Shown: positions 9,412 through 19,503, counted from the stretch's first letter. The stretch: 64,000 nt of DNA from Candidatus Aenigmatarchaeota archaeon (GCA_016193585.1 JACPRW010000006.1:293-64292); one strand, 5' to 3'. Numbers and translations: made by a program. Notes: generated by a model from the letters alone, not told the origin.

Positions 9412-10563
9412 CTATTTTGCCGCTTTCCGCTGCATTGCCTTCCTCACCCTCCCGATGGCAACCTGCATCGCTGCATCACGCGGCTTCACGCGTTCTTTCC
9501 TCGCCCTTGCGAGCACCGACTTCACGTTTTTCCGTATCCTGCGCTCGACGAGACCGAACATGCGCTTCGGGTTGTAGCCGCGATACTCGGCGTAGCTCGA
9601 GATGACGCCGCCGGCGTTCGCCACAAAATCAGGAACGACAAGAATGCCGCGTTTGTGCAAAATGTCCTCCATGTCCTCTGTCATCGGTATGTTCGCCGCC
9701 TCGACTACGATTTTTGCTTTGACGTTATGTACGTTATCTTTTGTGATGACGTCGGGCAGCGCAGAAGGAATAAGTATGTCAACAGGGAGCATGAAAATGT
9801 CTTTGTTCGGCAGCACTTTTCCATGTCTGTAGTTTATGACGCTGCCGCTCGAGCTTTTTACCCCAAGCAACTTTTTCACGTCAATGCCATCCACATCGTA
9901 GATGACGCCTTTGCTGTCGCTCACCGCCACAATCTTTGCGCCGAAATCTGCAAGGTGCTGCGCCGTGAACGTGCCGACGTTGCCGAAGCCTTCAATGGCA
10001 ATCGTTGCGCCCTTGATATCCACGCCAGCATGTTCCGCCGCAACAACCGCCGCATGCGCCACGCCGAAGCCGGTGCTGCCGTACTCGTGCGGTATGCCGC
10101 ATTTCTCTCCCGGCTTGCCGAACAGCTTCATGCACACGTTCGCCGGCTTGCCGGTGCATGAGCGCCAGTCGCCATTTGCTTCGGCGTACCATTTCATCTC
10201 TTCTTCAGAGGTGTTCACGTCAGGGCCGGCTATGTACTTTTTGGGAGAAAGCGGCTTCAGTGCTTTCGCAAACGCGTACATTAGCTCCTTCTTCTGCTCC
10301 TTCGTGATCTTTTTCGGGTCAGTTATGATGCCTGCCTTCGCCCCGCCGAACGGCAGCCCGGCGAGCGCGTTCTTCCACGTCATCGTCCGCGCAAGGCGGA
10401 ACACTTCCTCGACATCGACCGTCGGGGTCATACGTATGCCGCCTTTGCCGGGACCGAGCGCCGTGCTGTCGAGGACGAGCACACCTTTCAGCCCTGCCTT
10501 GTGGCTGTGCACCTCGACGATCATCTCAGGCCCGAATTCGTCGGCGAATGTTTCCAGTTCCAT
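9412..10563 (-). CDS. gdhA: Glutamate dehydrogenase (Glu/Leu/Phe/Val dehydrogenase family)
   Basis: GGAKAG and GFGNVG motifs; start trimmed to MELETFADEF because upstream ORF extension runs into a MITE. Confidence 0.85.
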   Translation of the reverse strand: MELETFADEFGPEMIVEVHSHKAGLKGVLVLDSTALGPGKGGIRMTPTVDVEEVFRLARTMTWKNALAGLPFGGAKAGIITDPKKITKEQKKELMYAFAKALKPLSPKKYIAGPDVNTSEEEMKWYAEANGDWRSCTGKPANVCMKLFGKPGEKCGIPHEYGSTGFGVAHAAVVAAEHAGVDIKGATIAIEGFGNVGTFTAQHLADFGAKIVAVSDSKGVIYDVDGIDVKKLLGVKSSSGSVINYRHGKVLPNKDIFMLPVDILIPSALPDVITKDNVHNVKAKIVVEAANIPMTEDMEDILHKRGILVVPDFVANAGGVISSYAEYRGYNPKRMFGLVERRIRKNVKSVLARARKERVKPRDAAMQVAIGRVRKAMQRKAAK

Positions 10564-10569
10564 GGTACC

Positions 10570-10672
10570 ACGACAATAATAGTAAAGAACATTGATTTTG
10601 GAACATTTTATGATGTTCTTTCCATATAGCAGATTGCAGCTAAAAGTTCCATTATTATTACAATCTGCTATA
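10570..10672. repeat. Palindromic MITE, family R1 (aagaacattg..caatgttctt + atagcagattg..caatctgctat)
   Basis: Copies at 32068-32159, 40497-40598, 49589-49680, 53171-53380, 57700-57795. Confidence 0.8.
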
Positions 10673-10706
10673 ACATACTTGCTCTTTGCCAAATAAAGCC
10701 GCGCAT

Positions 10707-12107
10707 TCATTGCTTTTTGACCACGCCGGGCTTCGTCAGCTTCCTGAGTTCGAGAATCCTGTCCAGGTCGCCTGCCGGCAGCAGGTTCATCGCGAGCACC
10801 ACGTCCCTGACGGTCTTATTCTCCCTGTATGCCTTCCTGGCGACTTCAGCCGCCTTCTCGTAGCCTATATACGGGTTGAGCGCGGTGACGACGATGGGAT
10901 TTTTCTCCAGATACTCTAGGCATTTCTTTTCGTCCGCTGTTATTCCCCTGATGCATTTTTCCGTGAACGCGCTTATGCCATGCGCAAGTATCTCTGTCGA
11001 GCCGACAAGGTTGTACGCAATCACCGGCATCATGACGTTGAGCTCGAGCTGCGATGCGCCCGTCGCGTTGGCGATGGTTACGTCGTTGCCCAGCACCTGA
11101 TACGCCGCCATGTTGAGCATCTCTGCCATGACGGGGTTCACTTTCGCCGGCATGATGCTCGAGCCGGGCTGCACCGGCGGCAGTTCTATTTCTGCCAATC
11201 CTGTGGAGGGCCCTGAAGCAAGCAGCCGCAGGTCGTTCGCAATCTTTGTCAGGGTGACTGCAAGATTGCGCAATGAAGCGCTTACCGTTACCTCGGCATA
11301 GGTATTCTGCATCTCCGCAAAGAGGGTAGGCGGCGTGCGGTACGATTTTCCGGTTATTCTGTTTATCTCTTCAATCACGTATGCAACGTATTCAGTCTCC
11401 GCGTTCATTCCAGTCCCTGCCGCGGTGCCGCCTGCCGGCAATTCCAGGAGCGAATCGGCGGCTGCCTGTACTTTCCTGATGTCCTGCGCGATCGCATACG
11501 CGTAGCCGGAAAACTCCTGCCCGAGCGTCATCGGCACGGCGTCCATCAGGTGGGTGCGCGCTGACTTCAGTACATCAGAAAATTCATTTGATTTCTCCTC
11601 AAGCGCGCCGTGCAGCTGTTCCAAGCTCTGTAGCAATCCGTCCAAGGCATCCAAGGCGGCTATGTGTATCGCCGCGTGGATGATGTCATTGGTCGACTGC
11701 GCCATGTTGACGTGGTCGTTCGGGTGGACGAGCTTGTACTCCCCCTTCGCTCCGCCCAGCAGCTCAGAGGCGCGGTTCGCCAGCACCTCATTCATGTTCA
11801 TGTTCTGCGACGTGCCGGCGCCTGCCTGGTAGACATCGACGACGAACTGGTCACGAAGCTCTCCGGCGATTACTTCATCCGCAGCTTTGACGATGGCATC
11901 TCCGATTCGCTTGTCGAGCCTGCCGGTCCGGATGTTCGCGAACGCCGCCGCCTTCTTCGTTATCGCCTGCGCCTTCACGAAGCGCTGCTGCAAGCGCAAC
12001 CCTGATATAGGAAAATTAGCAACCGCCCGCTGCGTCTGCACGCCGTAATACGCGCCAACCGGAACGCGGACTTCGCCGAGGTAGTCTTTTTCGGTGCGGA
12101 AGGACAT
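10707..12107 (-). CDS. Class II fumarate hydratase / aspartate ammonia-lyase family
   Basis: GSSIMPAKVNP signature (GSxxMxxKxN), 466 aa. Confidence 0.8.
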   Translation of the reverse strand: MSFRTEKDYLGEVRVPVGAYYGVQTQRAVANFPISGLRLQQRFVKAQAITKKAAAFANIRTGRLDKRIGDAIVKAADEVIAGELRDQFVVDVYQAGAGTSQNMNMNEVLANRASELLGGAKGEYKLVHPNDHVNMAQSTNDIIHAAIHIAALDALDGLLQSLEQLHGALEEKSNEFSDVLKSARTHLMDAVPMTLGQEFSGYAYAIAQDIRKVQAAADSLLELPAGGTAAGTGMNAETEYVAYVIEEINRITGKSYRTPPTLFAEMQNTYAEVTVSASLRNLAVTLTKIANDLRLLASGPSTGLAEIELPPVQPGSSIMPAKVNPVMAEMLNMAAYQVLGNDVTIANATGASQLELNVMMPVIAYNLVGSTEILAHGISAFTEKCIRGITADEKKCLEYLEKNPIVVTALNPYIGYEKAAEVARKAYRENKTVRDVVLAMNLLPAGDLDRILELRKLTKPGVVKKQ

Positions 12108-12163
12108 GGTATTTATTTGAACAAGAAGCGTTAAATGTTCTTATTCGTGCCGGAACAGTGGCG

Positions 12164-13120
12164 CTATGCTACACGCTGTCTTTTCTTTTTGGGTACAGGT
12201 TTATTTTCTCTTTTCTTTTTTGCCTGATCGAAATGTTCTAGTTCTTTTTCATAATAGTTACTTAAACCGATGTTGCCTTCGCTTTGCGCTTTTCGGAGCT
12301 TTAGCTTATGAATCTCTATTTGCCTTTCCAGTGACCTAATGCCCTTTTTTGCGCGCTTTTTCGTGACATAGGCTATCTTTCCCTCCAGAAAAGAAACCAG
12401 CTTCATTATGGTATCCTTCGCCAATGAATGTGCTGGAATTCTTTCCCCATCTCTCCCTGCTCTATACGCATTCATAATGACAGAAAATTCTTTCATAGTT
12501 ATTCCTTCGCTCAACATTTCTTTTTTCAGCGACTTGGTTGAATATTTTTTATTAGTTAGAAAATATTCTATTAGTAAAATCTCCTTCGAGTGCATCACGA
12601 GCGGGTAAACTATATTCGTCACGTTATCACTCGCTTTCAGTAGTTCCTTTGTTATATTTAGTGAAGATTCTATCAGTTCAACCCTTTTCTCCACTCCATA
12701 GAATTCTGCTTTTCCCATCTTTAACGTACTGAGAAATTGGTGATTTATGAAGGCTACGGCTTCATCATTAATCATTTTATAGAATATTGGATCATGCACT
12801 AAAGCATTTCTTACATCTTCTATGGTTTTTACCTGTATATCATATTTCTTCTTCAATTCTGCCGGGACTTTTATTTCAACATCACCGTCAGAAACTAGCA
12901 AAATGTCAATATCAGATTCGTCTGATAATTCTTTTCTTGCTGCCGAACCGTAGAGAATTCCGCTAATGATATGCTCCAGCGGCATTTTGCTCACAACATC
13001 CTTTACAGGGTCTTTAGGTTCCTCGAGTAATTCTATGCGTACTCTTCCGCCTATCCAGTCCTTAGGTACGTAAACCCCTCCAGAGTTTCCATACTTCTTT
13101 ACCGTTTTCATTATTGGCAT
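12164..13120 (-). CDS. Fusion protein: AbrB/MazE-like swapped-hairpin domain + minimal nucleotidyltransferase (MNT) domain + helical Lys-rich C-terminus
   Basis: N-terminal VKKYGNSGGVYVPKDWIGGRVRIEL (AbrB-like); YGSAARKELSDESDIDILLVSD (GS-x9-DxD NTase motif). Confidence 0.5.
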   Translation of the reverse strand: MPIMKTVKKYGNSGGVYVPKDWIGGRVRIELLEEPKDPVKDVVSKMPLEHIISGILYGSAARKELSDESDIDILLVSDGDVEIKVPAELKKKYDIQVKTIEDVRNALVHDPIFYKMINDEAVAFINHQFLSTLKMGKAEFYGVEKRVELIESSLNITKELLKASDNVTNIVYPLVMHSKEILLIEYFLTNKKYSTKSLKKEMLSEGITMKEFSVIMNAYRAGRDGERIPAHSLAKDTIMKLVSFLEGKIAYVTKKRAKKGIRSLERQIEIHKLKLRKAQSEGNIGLSNYYEKELEHFDQAKKKRENKPVPKKKRQRVA

Positions 13121-13184
13121 GTATATGTATATACATAGTATATACTTAAAAGTTTAATCCTAACTGGCTATCAAAAGAAAACTG

Positions 13185-14648
13185 CTATTCAATATCAATC
13201 TGCGCCCTCTGCAGCTTCCCGCTGTAATCGATGTACACGGTCTTCACTTCGCTGAACTCGTCGATGCCCATAATGCCAGCTTCACGGGTGCCATTGCCCG
13301 TCTGCTTGATGCCGCCGAACGGCAGGTGCGTCTCCGCGCCGATGGTGCTCGCGTTCACGTACGTGATGCCTGCATCTATCTTCTCTATTGCCTTGAACGC
13401 TACCCCGATGTCGTTCGTGTAGATAGACGAGCTGAGACCGTATTCGACGGCATTCATGGCGTCTATCGCTTCGTCGAGGCTTCTGACGGAAATCAGCGAA
13501 AGGACGGGACCGAATATCTCCTCCCGGGCGATGCGCATATCGATGGCAACATCGGTGAAAATCGTCGGCCTGAAGAAGAAGCCTTTCTTTCCGTATCTCT
13601 CTCCTCCGCATAGTATTTTCGCTCCCTCTTCCATGCCTATTGACGTGTAGCGCTCGGATTTTTCCAGCGCTGCCCTGTTGACCAGTGGACCAACGTCAGT
13701 TGCAGGGTTCATGCCGGAGCCAAGACGCAGTTTTCCAGCCCGCTTCACGAGGTGCTGCTCCAGCTTCTTCCGTACCTTCTCGTGCACGATGACGCGCGAC
13801 GCAGCGGTGCACCGCTGGCCCGTGGTACCGAAGGCTCCCCATACGACGCCGTCCACCGCGAGCCCGATGTCCGCGTCAGGCATGACGATGATGCCGTTCT
13901 TGCCGCCGAGCTCCAGACCGACGCGCTTGATGCCCGCGTGCTGCGTTATCCACAGGCCGGTGTCGCGGTTGCCGGTGAAGGAGATGCCGAGCACTTTTTT
14001 GTGCCTCACGAGTGCGGTGCCTGCAGGGTCTCCCGGGCCGGTAACGAGATTGACCACGCCTTTCGGCACGCCAGCCTTCTCGAGAATTCTAACAAGTTCA
14101 ACCGCGCACAGCGGCGTATCTGATGACGGCTTCCAGACGACGCTGTTGCCGCAGACAAGCGCGGGCGCGAGCTTCCACGCCGGTATGGCGATGGGGAAGT
14201 TCCACGGCGTTATGAGTCCGACCACGCCGACCGGACGCCGCACGGTCATGCAGAACTTGTTCCGCAGCTCGGACGGCGTCGTCGCACCGAAGAGCCTTCG
14301 CCCTTCGCCTGCCATGTATTCAAAAATGTCAATAGCTTCCTGCACATCACCGCGGGCTTCGGTGAGCACCTTGCCCATTTCAACGGTTTCCAGTCGCGCC
14401 AAACGCTCCTTGTTTTCTTTTAGAAGCTGTGCAATCCCCAGCACTATTTCTCCCCTTTTCGGCGCAGGGGACGAAGACCACGCTTCAAATGCGTCCCCGG
14501 CGGCGTCAACAGCTGCCGAGATGTCCTTTGCGTTGCTCTTCTGGAATCTCCCTATGGATTGTTCAGTCGCCGGATTAAGGGATGGAAAGGTTTCGCCAGC
14601 GGCAGATAGCACCCATCTGCCGGCGATGTAGTTTTTGTAGATTTGCAT
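13185..14648 (-). CDS. Aldehyde dehydrogenase family protein
   Basis: 487 aa, ELGGKN and catalytic Cys region (GQRCTAA) motifs. Confidence 0.85.
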   Translation of the reverse strand: MQIYKNYIAGRWVLSAAGETFPSLNPATEQSIGRFQKSNAKDISAAVDAAGDAFEAWSSSPAPKRGEIVLGIAQLLKENKERLARLETVEMGKVLTEARGDVQEAIDIFEYMAGEGRRLFGATTPSELRNKFCMTVRRPVGVVGLITPWNFPIAIPAWKLAPALVCGNSVVWKPSSDTPLCAVELVRILEKAGVPKGVVNLVTGPGDPAGTALVRHKKVLGISFTGNRDTGLWITQHAGIKRVGLELGGKNGIIVMPDADIGLAVDGVVWGAFGTTGQRCTAASRVIVHEKVRKKLEQHLVKRAGKLRLGSGMNPATDVGPLVNRAALEKSERYTSIGMEEGAKILCGGERYGKKGFFFRPTIFTDVAIDMRIAREEIFGPVLSLISVRSLDEAIDAMNAVEYGLSSSIYTNDIGVAFKAIEKIDAGITYVNASTIGAETHLPFGGIKQTGNGTREAGIMGIDEFSEVKTVYIDYSGKLQRAQIDIE

Positions 14649-14689
14649 ATGTAGATATTCACGGGCGTACTATAAATTATTTGTGCATC

Positions 14690-14790
14690 TATAGTCGATG
14701 ACATTAGTTTTCGTACAGTCCCTAATGTCATCTCCTCATAGCAAGGACAGAACTTTTTCTGAATAGTTCTGTCACTTGCTATATTGATGC
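14690..14790. repeat. Palindromic MITE, family R3 (tagcaagtgacagaac..gttctgtccttgcta + aggagatgacat..atgtcatcgacta)
   Basis: Copies at 18822-18925, 20091-20195, 37862-37960, 53379-53425, partials 29745-29800, 53020-53060. Confidence 0.75.
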
Positions 14791-15053
14791 GTGGTCGCAT
14801 GACGTTCCCTGCAGAACATTTCGGAACCGTGAAAAAAAGGACATGGTACAAGGTGCGGTGGAACGCTCAGGCGAATCCCGAACTTGCCGGGAAGGTGGAC
14901 CTGCTGCCTGAAGACGTATACCAGAAGCAGCAACGGCACGCTACCATTCTGGAAACCATTGAAACAGATACATGCAAGGGCGGCTCGCCGCTGCGGTTCG
15001 GCGCGTGGGACGAAGAAAAAATAGATGCGTGGATAAAGGAGAACAAAAAGTGA
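14784..15053 (+). CDS. Hypothetical protein
   Basis: 89-aa ORF, no recognisable motif. Confidence 0.3.
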   Translation: MMRGRMTFPAEHFGTVKKRTWYKVRWNAQANPELAGKVDLLPEDVYQKQQRHATILETIETDTCKGGSPLRFGAWDEEKIDAWIKENKK

Positions 15054-15059
15054 ATACCA

Positions 15060-15347
15060 ATGCCGCACGGCTATACCTTTTCGACTGGCCTAGCGCCGTG
15101 GCTGTCACGCCGGGACATACTGCACGATATAAGACAGTCGCTCGAGCCCTACCACGGGATTCTTGTGGAGGAGGGCGGGGATGAACGCGGAGGACAGTAT
15201 ATGCTCTATGAAATACCAGAGCAAGGTGCTGTGTGGATATGGAGCGACAATCCGGATTCCGTTCGCGTCAGCCTTCTCGGCTTCGCTGATGGTAATGCCG
15301 TCTATTGTGCTTTGGAAGGGTATTTCAGAGATCGCATTTCCCGATAG
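15060..15347 (+). CDS. Hypothetical protein
   Basis: 95-aa ORF 7 nt downstream of previous ORF. Confidence 0.3.
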   Translation: MPHGYTFSTGLAPWLSRRDILHDIRQSLEPYHGILVEEGGDERGGQYMLYEIPEQGAVWIWSDNPDSVRVSLLGFADGNAVYCALEGYFRDRISR

Positions 15348-15398
15348 CTACAACAGGGCAGATATTATTTGAAATGCTGAATGATTAGAGCTTCAGCT

Positions 15399-16979
15399 TT
15401 ATTCCCCGCCGAACAGCTTCAGATTCTCCTCCTTGTCGACGGGCACATCAATGATGCGGACGCCCTTCGCGCCGAGCGCTTCACGGTAGACCGCGTCAAG
15501 CTCGTTTGCGCTTTTCACTGCATAATACCCGCAGCCGAAGCTCTTTGCCAACAGCCCGAAATCAGGGTTGGCGAAGTCGGTGCCGAAGGTTTCCTTCCTC
15601 GAAGCGCGGAACTTGGCATCGATTAATGAGTACGAACTGTCGCTGAAGATGATGACGGCACAATCAAGCTTAAGGCGGACTGCGGTCTCCAGTTCCTGCA
15701 CGTTCATGAGGAAGCCGCCGTCGCCGGTCACGGCAACGACGTCCTTCTCAGGGGCGGCGAGCTTGGCGCCGAGCGCGCCGGGCAGCGCGATGCCCATGGA
15801 CGCGAGGCCGTTCGAGACGATAACGGAGCCGCGCTCGTATGCCGGGAAAGCGGCGCCAACCCACATCTTGTGCGAGCCGACATCGGAAATGACGATTGCA
15901 TCGTCATCCAGAACGGCTCGCAGCGCGACGAGCGCGTGTTTCGGGTGGAGAGGAAACTGCTCCGTCCGAAGCACACGCCGAGTAAGCAGCGACCGGTAGT
16001 CGCGGGCTTCAGGGAAATCGAACGTCTTCGTGACCATCTGGTTCAGGTGCCAGAGCGTATTCGAGATGTCTGCGACCAGTTCTATGTCAGGCTGGTAATA
16101 ATCATACACCTCTGAGGGAGAAAAATCAACGTGAATAATGCGCTTGCCGCTCCTGTTCCATTTCTGCGGGTCGAGCTCCGCTATGTCGTAGCCTATGGTG
16201 ACCACGAGGTCTGCGGCATCCAACACGCTATAGATTTCCTTCGGCGTCCCGATGCCCAGGCTCATGAGCGAATGCTCGCTCCGGTCGGATATCGCCCCCT
16301 TGCCCATGAACGTCGAAACGACCGGGACGCGCGTTCTCTCGACGAACATGCGCAGCTGGTTCGAAGCGAGCTTGCGGATGGCGCCGTTGCCGGCGAGGAT
16401 GAGCGGCTTCCTGCACGCCATGATGAACTCCACCGCTTTGTTGAGCGCCTTGTAATCAGGGGCAGGCCTGCGCACCTTCTCATGCCTGAGCACTGCGGCA
16501 TTTGTTTCGTGCGCGGCGATGTCCTCGGGGAATTCGATATGCGTGGCACCGGGCTTCTCGGTCTCGGCAACCTTGAACGCCTTCCTGACGACTTCCGGGA
16601 TGACGGCTGCGGTTGAAATGCGCGTGTTCCACTTGGTAATGGGCTTGAACATGGCGACAATGTCGATTATCTGATGCGACTCTTTATGGAGGCGCTCCAG
16701 GCTACCCTGCGCGGTTACGGCAACGAGCGGCGCGTGGTCGAGGTTTGCGTCAGCGATGCCGGTCACCAGGTTCGTCGCGCCGGGACCGAGCGTTGACATG
16801 CAGACGCCTGCCCTGCCTGAAACGCGGCCGTACACGTCAGCCATGAACGCGCTCCCCTGCTCGTGGCGCGTCGTCACGAACTGGATTCCCGACTCTTTGA
16901 TGGAGAACATGATGTCCTTCAATTCTTCTCCGGGCAGGCCGAAGACGTACTGCACGCCCTCGCTCTCGAGGCATTTCAC
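15399..16979 (-). CDS. Thiamine-pyrophosphate-dependent enzyme, acetolactate synthase large-subunit-like
   Basis: 526 aa, TPP-binding GDGG motif (VTGDGGFLMN), three-domain ALS/POX architecture. Confidence 0.8.
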   Translation of the reverse strand: MKCLESEGVQYVFGLPGEELKDIMFSIKESGIQFVTTRHEQGSAFMADVYGRVSGRAGVCMSTLGPGATNLVTGIADANLDHAPLVAVTAQGSLERLHKESHQIIDIVAMFKPITKWNTRISTAAVIPEVVRKAFKVAETEKPGATHIEFPEDIAAHETNAAVLRHEKVRRPAPDYKALNKAVEFIMACRKPLILAGNGAIRKLASNQLRMFVERTRVPVVSTFMGKGAISDRSEHSLMSLGIGTPKEIYSVLDAADLVVTIGYDIAELDPQKWNRSGKRIIHVDFSPSEVYDYYQPDIELVADISNTLWHLNQMVTKTFDFPEARDYRSLLTRRVLRTEQFPLHPKHALVALRAVLDDDAIVISDVGSHKMWVGAAFPAYERGSVIVSNGLASMGIALPGALGAKLAAPEKDVVAVTGDGGFLMNVQELETAVRLKLDCAVIIFSDSSYSLIDAKFRASRKETFGTDFANPDFGLLAKSFGCGYYAVKSANELDAVYREALGAKGVRIIDVPVDKEENLKLFGGE

Positions 16980-17106
16980 GAAGAGGTCAGAAGCTTTGAT
17001 GCTATCACCTTCGCTATGATATTCCAGAAAATTTTAAATTACCCCGTTTCATTCAGCCGCTTGCCGGCGCCAGCCTTACATTAAAGCTTTTCTTCAGAAA
17101 AGTAGT

Positions 17107-18483
17107 ATGGGTTCCTGCATGAAAGTCGTTTCCCTCAATCCTGCCACCGAATCGGTGAACAAAGAATTCGAGACCGCGCCAAAGCAGGAAGCGCTCAGGG
17201 CTGCGAGACAATCGAAATCAGGCTTCAAGCTCTGGTCGAAGCTCGACATCAAGGAGCGGGCCGTTTACCTGAAAAAGTTGGCCGGCGTCCTGCGCTCCCA
17301 CAAGGACGAGTACGCGAAGCTGATGACCACCGAGATGGGCAAGCCAATCAAGGAAGCGTTAGCCGAGGTGGAAAAGTGCGCATGGACCGCCGAGTTCTAT
17401 GCGGACAATGCAGAACGGTTTCTGGAAAAGGAGCTTGTTCAGACTGAAAACAGAAAAAGTTATGTCACGTTCGAGCCGCTCGGCGCCGTACTCGCCATCA
17501 TGCCGTGGAATTTTCCCTTCTGGCAGGCGCTGCGCTTTGGTATTCCGTCGCTCGCTGCAGGAAATGTCGTCCTCCTCAGGCACTCGAACGTCGTGCCGCA
17601 GTGCGCGCTCGCTATAGAAGCTGCATTCACCGAGGCGGGCTTTCCGGAGCACGTGTTCACAACGCTGATCACCGACCACGGCACCGTGAAAACGCTCATC
17701 CGTTCTGATTATGTCAACGGCGTTGCGCTCACTGGCAGCAATGCAGCCGGCGCTGCAGTCGCCCAGCTTGCAGGAAAGTATATGAAAAAGGCTGTCTTTG
17801 AGCTGGGCGGCAGCGACCCGTTCATCGTCCTTGACGATGCGGATATCGCGAAAGCCGCCGAGCATGCTGCAAAAGCGCGGACCATCAACGCCGGCCAGAG
17901 CTGCATTGCCGCAAAGCGCTTCATCGTCATGCACACTGTTGCTGACGAATTTGCGCGGCTGTTTGCGGAGCGCATGCAGCAGCTGAAGGTAGGCGACCCG
18001 CTCGACCCTGCGACAGACATCGGGCCGCTGGCACGGAGCGAGCAGCGGGCGCAGCTGGAGGCGCAGGTCGCGGATGCTGTCCAGAAGGGCGCAACAGTTG
18101 TATGCGGAGGGAAACGGATTGAAGGAAAGGGCTACTTCTACGAACCGACCGTGCTCACCGGCACAAAGCCATCAATGAGGGTTGTCAAGGAGGAGGTCTT
18201 CGGACCGGTGGCGCCGGTCATCGTCGTGAAAAATGAGGACCAAGCGCTTAAGGTAGCGAACGATTCCGAGTTTGGCCTGGGCGCGAGCATCTGGACGCGG
18301 AACGCAGAGAAGGGCGAGCGCATGGCACGCTTCATCGAGGCGGGGTTCGTTTCCGTCAACCAGATCGTCAAGAGCGACCCGCGCCTGCCGTTCGGCGGCA
18401 TCAAGAAGAGCGGCGTGGGCAGGGAGCTGTCACACTACGGCCTCAAGGAATTCGTGAACATCAAGACGGTGGTGGCGGGGTAA
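17107..18483 (+). CDS. Aldehyde dehydrogenase (succinate-semialdehyde dehydrogenase-like)
   Basis: 458 aa, ELGGSDP, catalytic GQSCIAA region. Confidence 0.85.
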   Translation: MGSCMKVVSLNPATESVNKEFETAPKQEALRAARQSKSGFKLWSKLDIKERAVYLKKLAGVLRSHKDEYAKLMTTEMGKPIKEALAEVEKCAWTAEFYADNAERFLEKELVQTENRKSYVTFEPLGAVLAIMPWNFPFWQALRFGIPSLAAGNVVLLRHSNVVPQCALAIEAAFTEAGFPEHVFTTLITDHGTVKTLIRSDYVNGVALTGSNAAGAAVAQLAGKYMKKAVFELGGSDPFIVLDDADIAKAAEHAAKARTINAGQSCIAAKRFIVMHTVADEFARLFAERMQQLKVGDPLDPATDIGPLARSEQRAQLEAQVADAVQKGATVVCGGKRIEGKGYFYEPTVLTGTKPSMRVVKEEVFGPVAPVIVVKNEDQALKVANDSEFGLGASIWTRNAEKGERMARFIEAGFVSVNQIVKSDPRLPFGGIKKSGVGRELSHYGLKEFVNIKTVVAG

Positions 18484-18486
18484 TTA

Positions 18487-18834
18487 TCAGTCAGGCTCGC
18501 ACGCCGTGCCATTCCAGCATTTGCCCTCACCGCAATCACAGCCGTAAGAGAGAGCTAGTGTGCAGTGTACTATTTTTTTTGATCTGACAATCCAGCACTC
18601 GTCATGACAGCCACTTCTAAATTCTTTCCACTGTGCGCCACCTGCTGCGCAGACATCCTCGCTTTGCCGCGGGTAGTCAGGCGGGCTTTGTTGAGTTTGA
18701 GGAGATGCAGTATACATGTAAACGCCGATTGCAACAAGAATCAGTGCAAGAAGAATCAGCGTATACTTCTGCGCATGCAATCGTTCTGTTTTTCTCATCA
18801 CATGAATGTATAATTCTTTCATTATATATAGCAA
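18487..18834 (-). CDS. Small secreted/membrane-anchored cysteine-rich protein
   Basis: N-terminal hydrophobic helix, 10 Cys in C-terminal 60 aa. Confidence 0.4.
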   Translation of the reverse strand: MLYIMKELYIHVMRKTERLHAQKYTLILLALILVAIGVYMYTASPQTQQSPPDYPRQSEDVCAAGGAQWKEFRSGCHDECWIVRSKKIVHCTLALSYGCDCGEGKCWNGTACEPD

Positions 18835-18925
18835 GTGACAGAACTATTCAGACAAAGTTCTGTCCTTGCTATAAGGAGATGACATTAGAAACTGTACAAA
18901 AACTAATGTCATCGACTATAAATCT
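18822..18925. repeat. Palindromic MITE, family R3
   Basis: See 14690-14790. Confidence 0.75.
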
Positions 18926-19068
18926 ATTTCGCAGCAATCAAAGTAAAACCCGCATTTCGCACACTGACCGAAGCCGAGAAACCGCTGTTCAGGGATTTCA
19001 GTCGCGCACCTAGGGCATTTCATACGCATCACCGATGCTATGCATCTATTTATTATTATCATCCAGTA

Positions 19069-19503
19069 ATGAATTTAAAACCTCTCGCGTGCAGTGGAAG
19101 CGCTATGGATCCTACAGAAAACGGCTGCATCACGCCTGCAGGCTTCACCGCAGGTATGGAGAGCCTCAGGGAACAGGAGCGTGCGTTGAAACAAGGGCTG
19201 GTTCAATACATACGCACCGGCTTAGCGCGACTTGCTGAAGCCGGGTATCCGGAGCGCATCCATTTGTGCACCGACGTGTTTGCCGTCCCTAACGGTCGTT
19301 ATGCATCACGAGAGCCAGGGGCTGTTTTCTACGAGGGCGGCGGCGTACATGCCGATCACCCGTACTATGACCGGCTTAATACGATCGCTTACCAACGGGA
19401 GCCACATGATATAGAAACAGTACCATTCCTGAAGTTCAAACCAGCTCACCTCGTGCGTATTGCCGGGGATATAGAGAACGCGCTAGGCGCAATCGGTGAT
19501 TAA
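19069..19503 (+). CDS. Hypothetical protein
   Basis: 144-aa ORF, overlaps start of M23 peptidase gene by 8 nt. Confidence 0.35.
   Translation: MNLKPLACSGSAMDPTENGCITPAGFTAGMESLREQERALKQGLVQYIRTGLARLAEAGYPERIHLCTDVFAVPNGRYASREPGAVFYEGGGVHADHPYYDRLNTIAYQREPHDIETVPFLKFKPAHLVRIAGDIENALGAIGD

Noticed and set aside
10564-10710. N-terminal 48-aa extension of the gdh ORF (MNARLYLAKSKYVIADCNNNGTF...)
   Set aside because: The extension is translated MITE sequence (family R1). The conserved GDH N-terminus begins at MELETFADEF.
13678-14631. Long antisense/alternate-frame ORFs inside GC-rich genes (e.g. 13678-14631+, 25341-26021-, 62025-62909-, 63227-63658-)
   Set aside because: Low-complexity Ala/Arg/Pro/Ser-rich translations overlapping well-supported genes. 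Typical high-GC frame artefacts.
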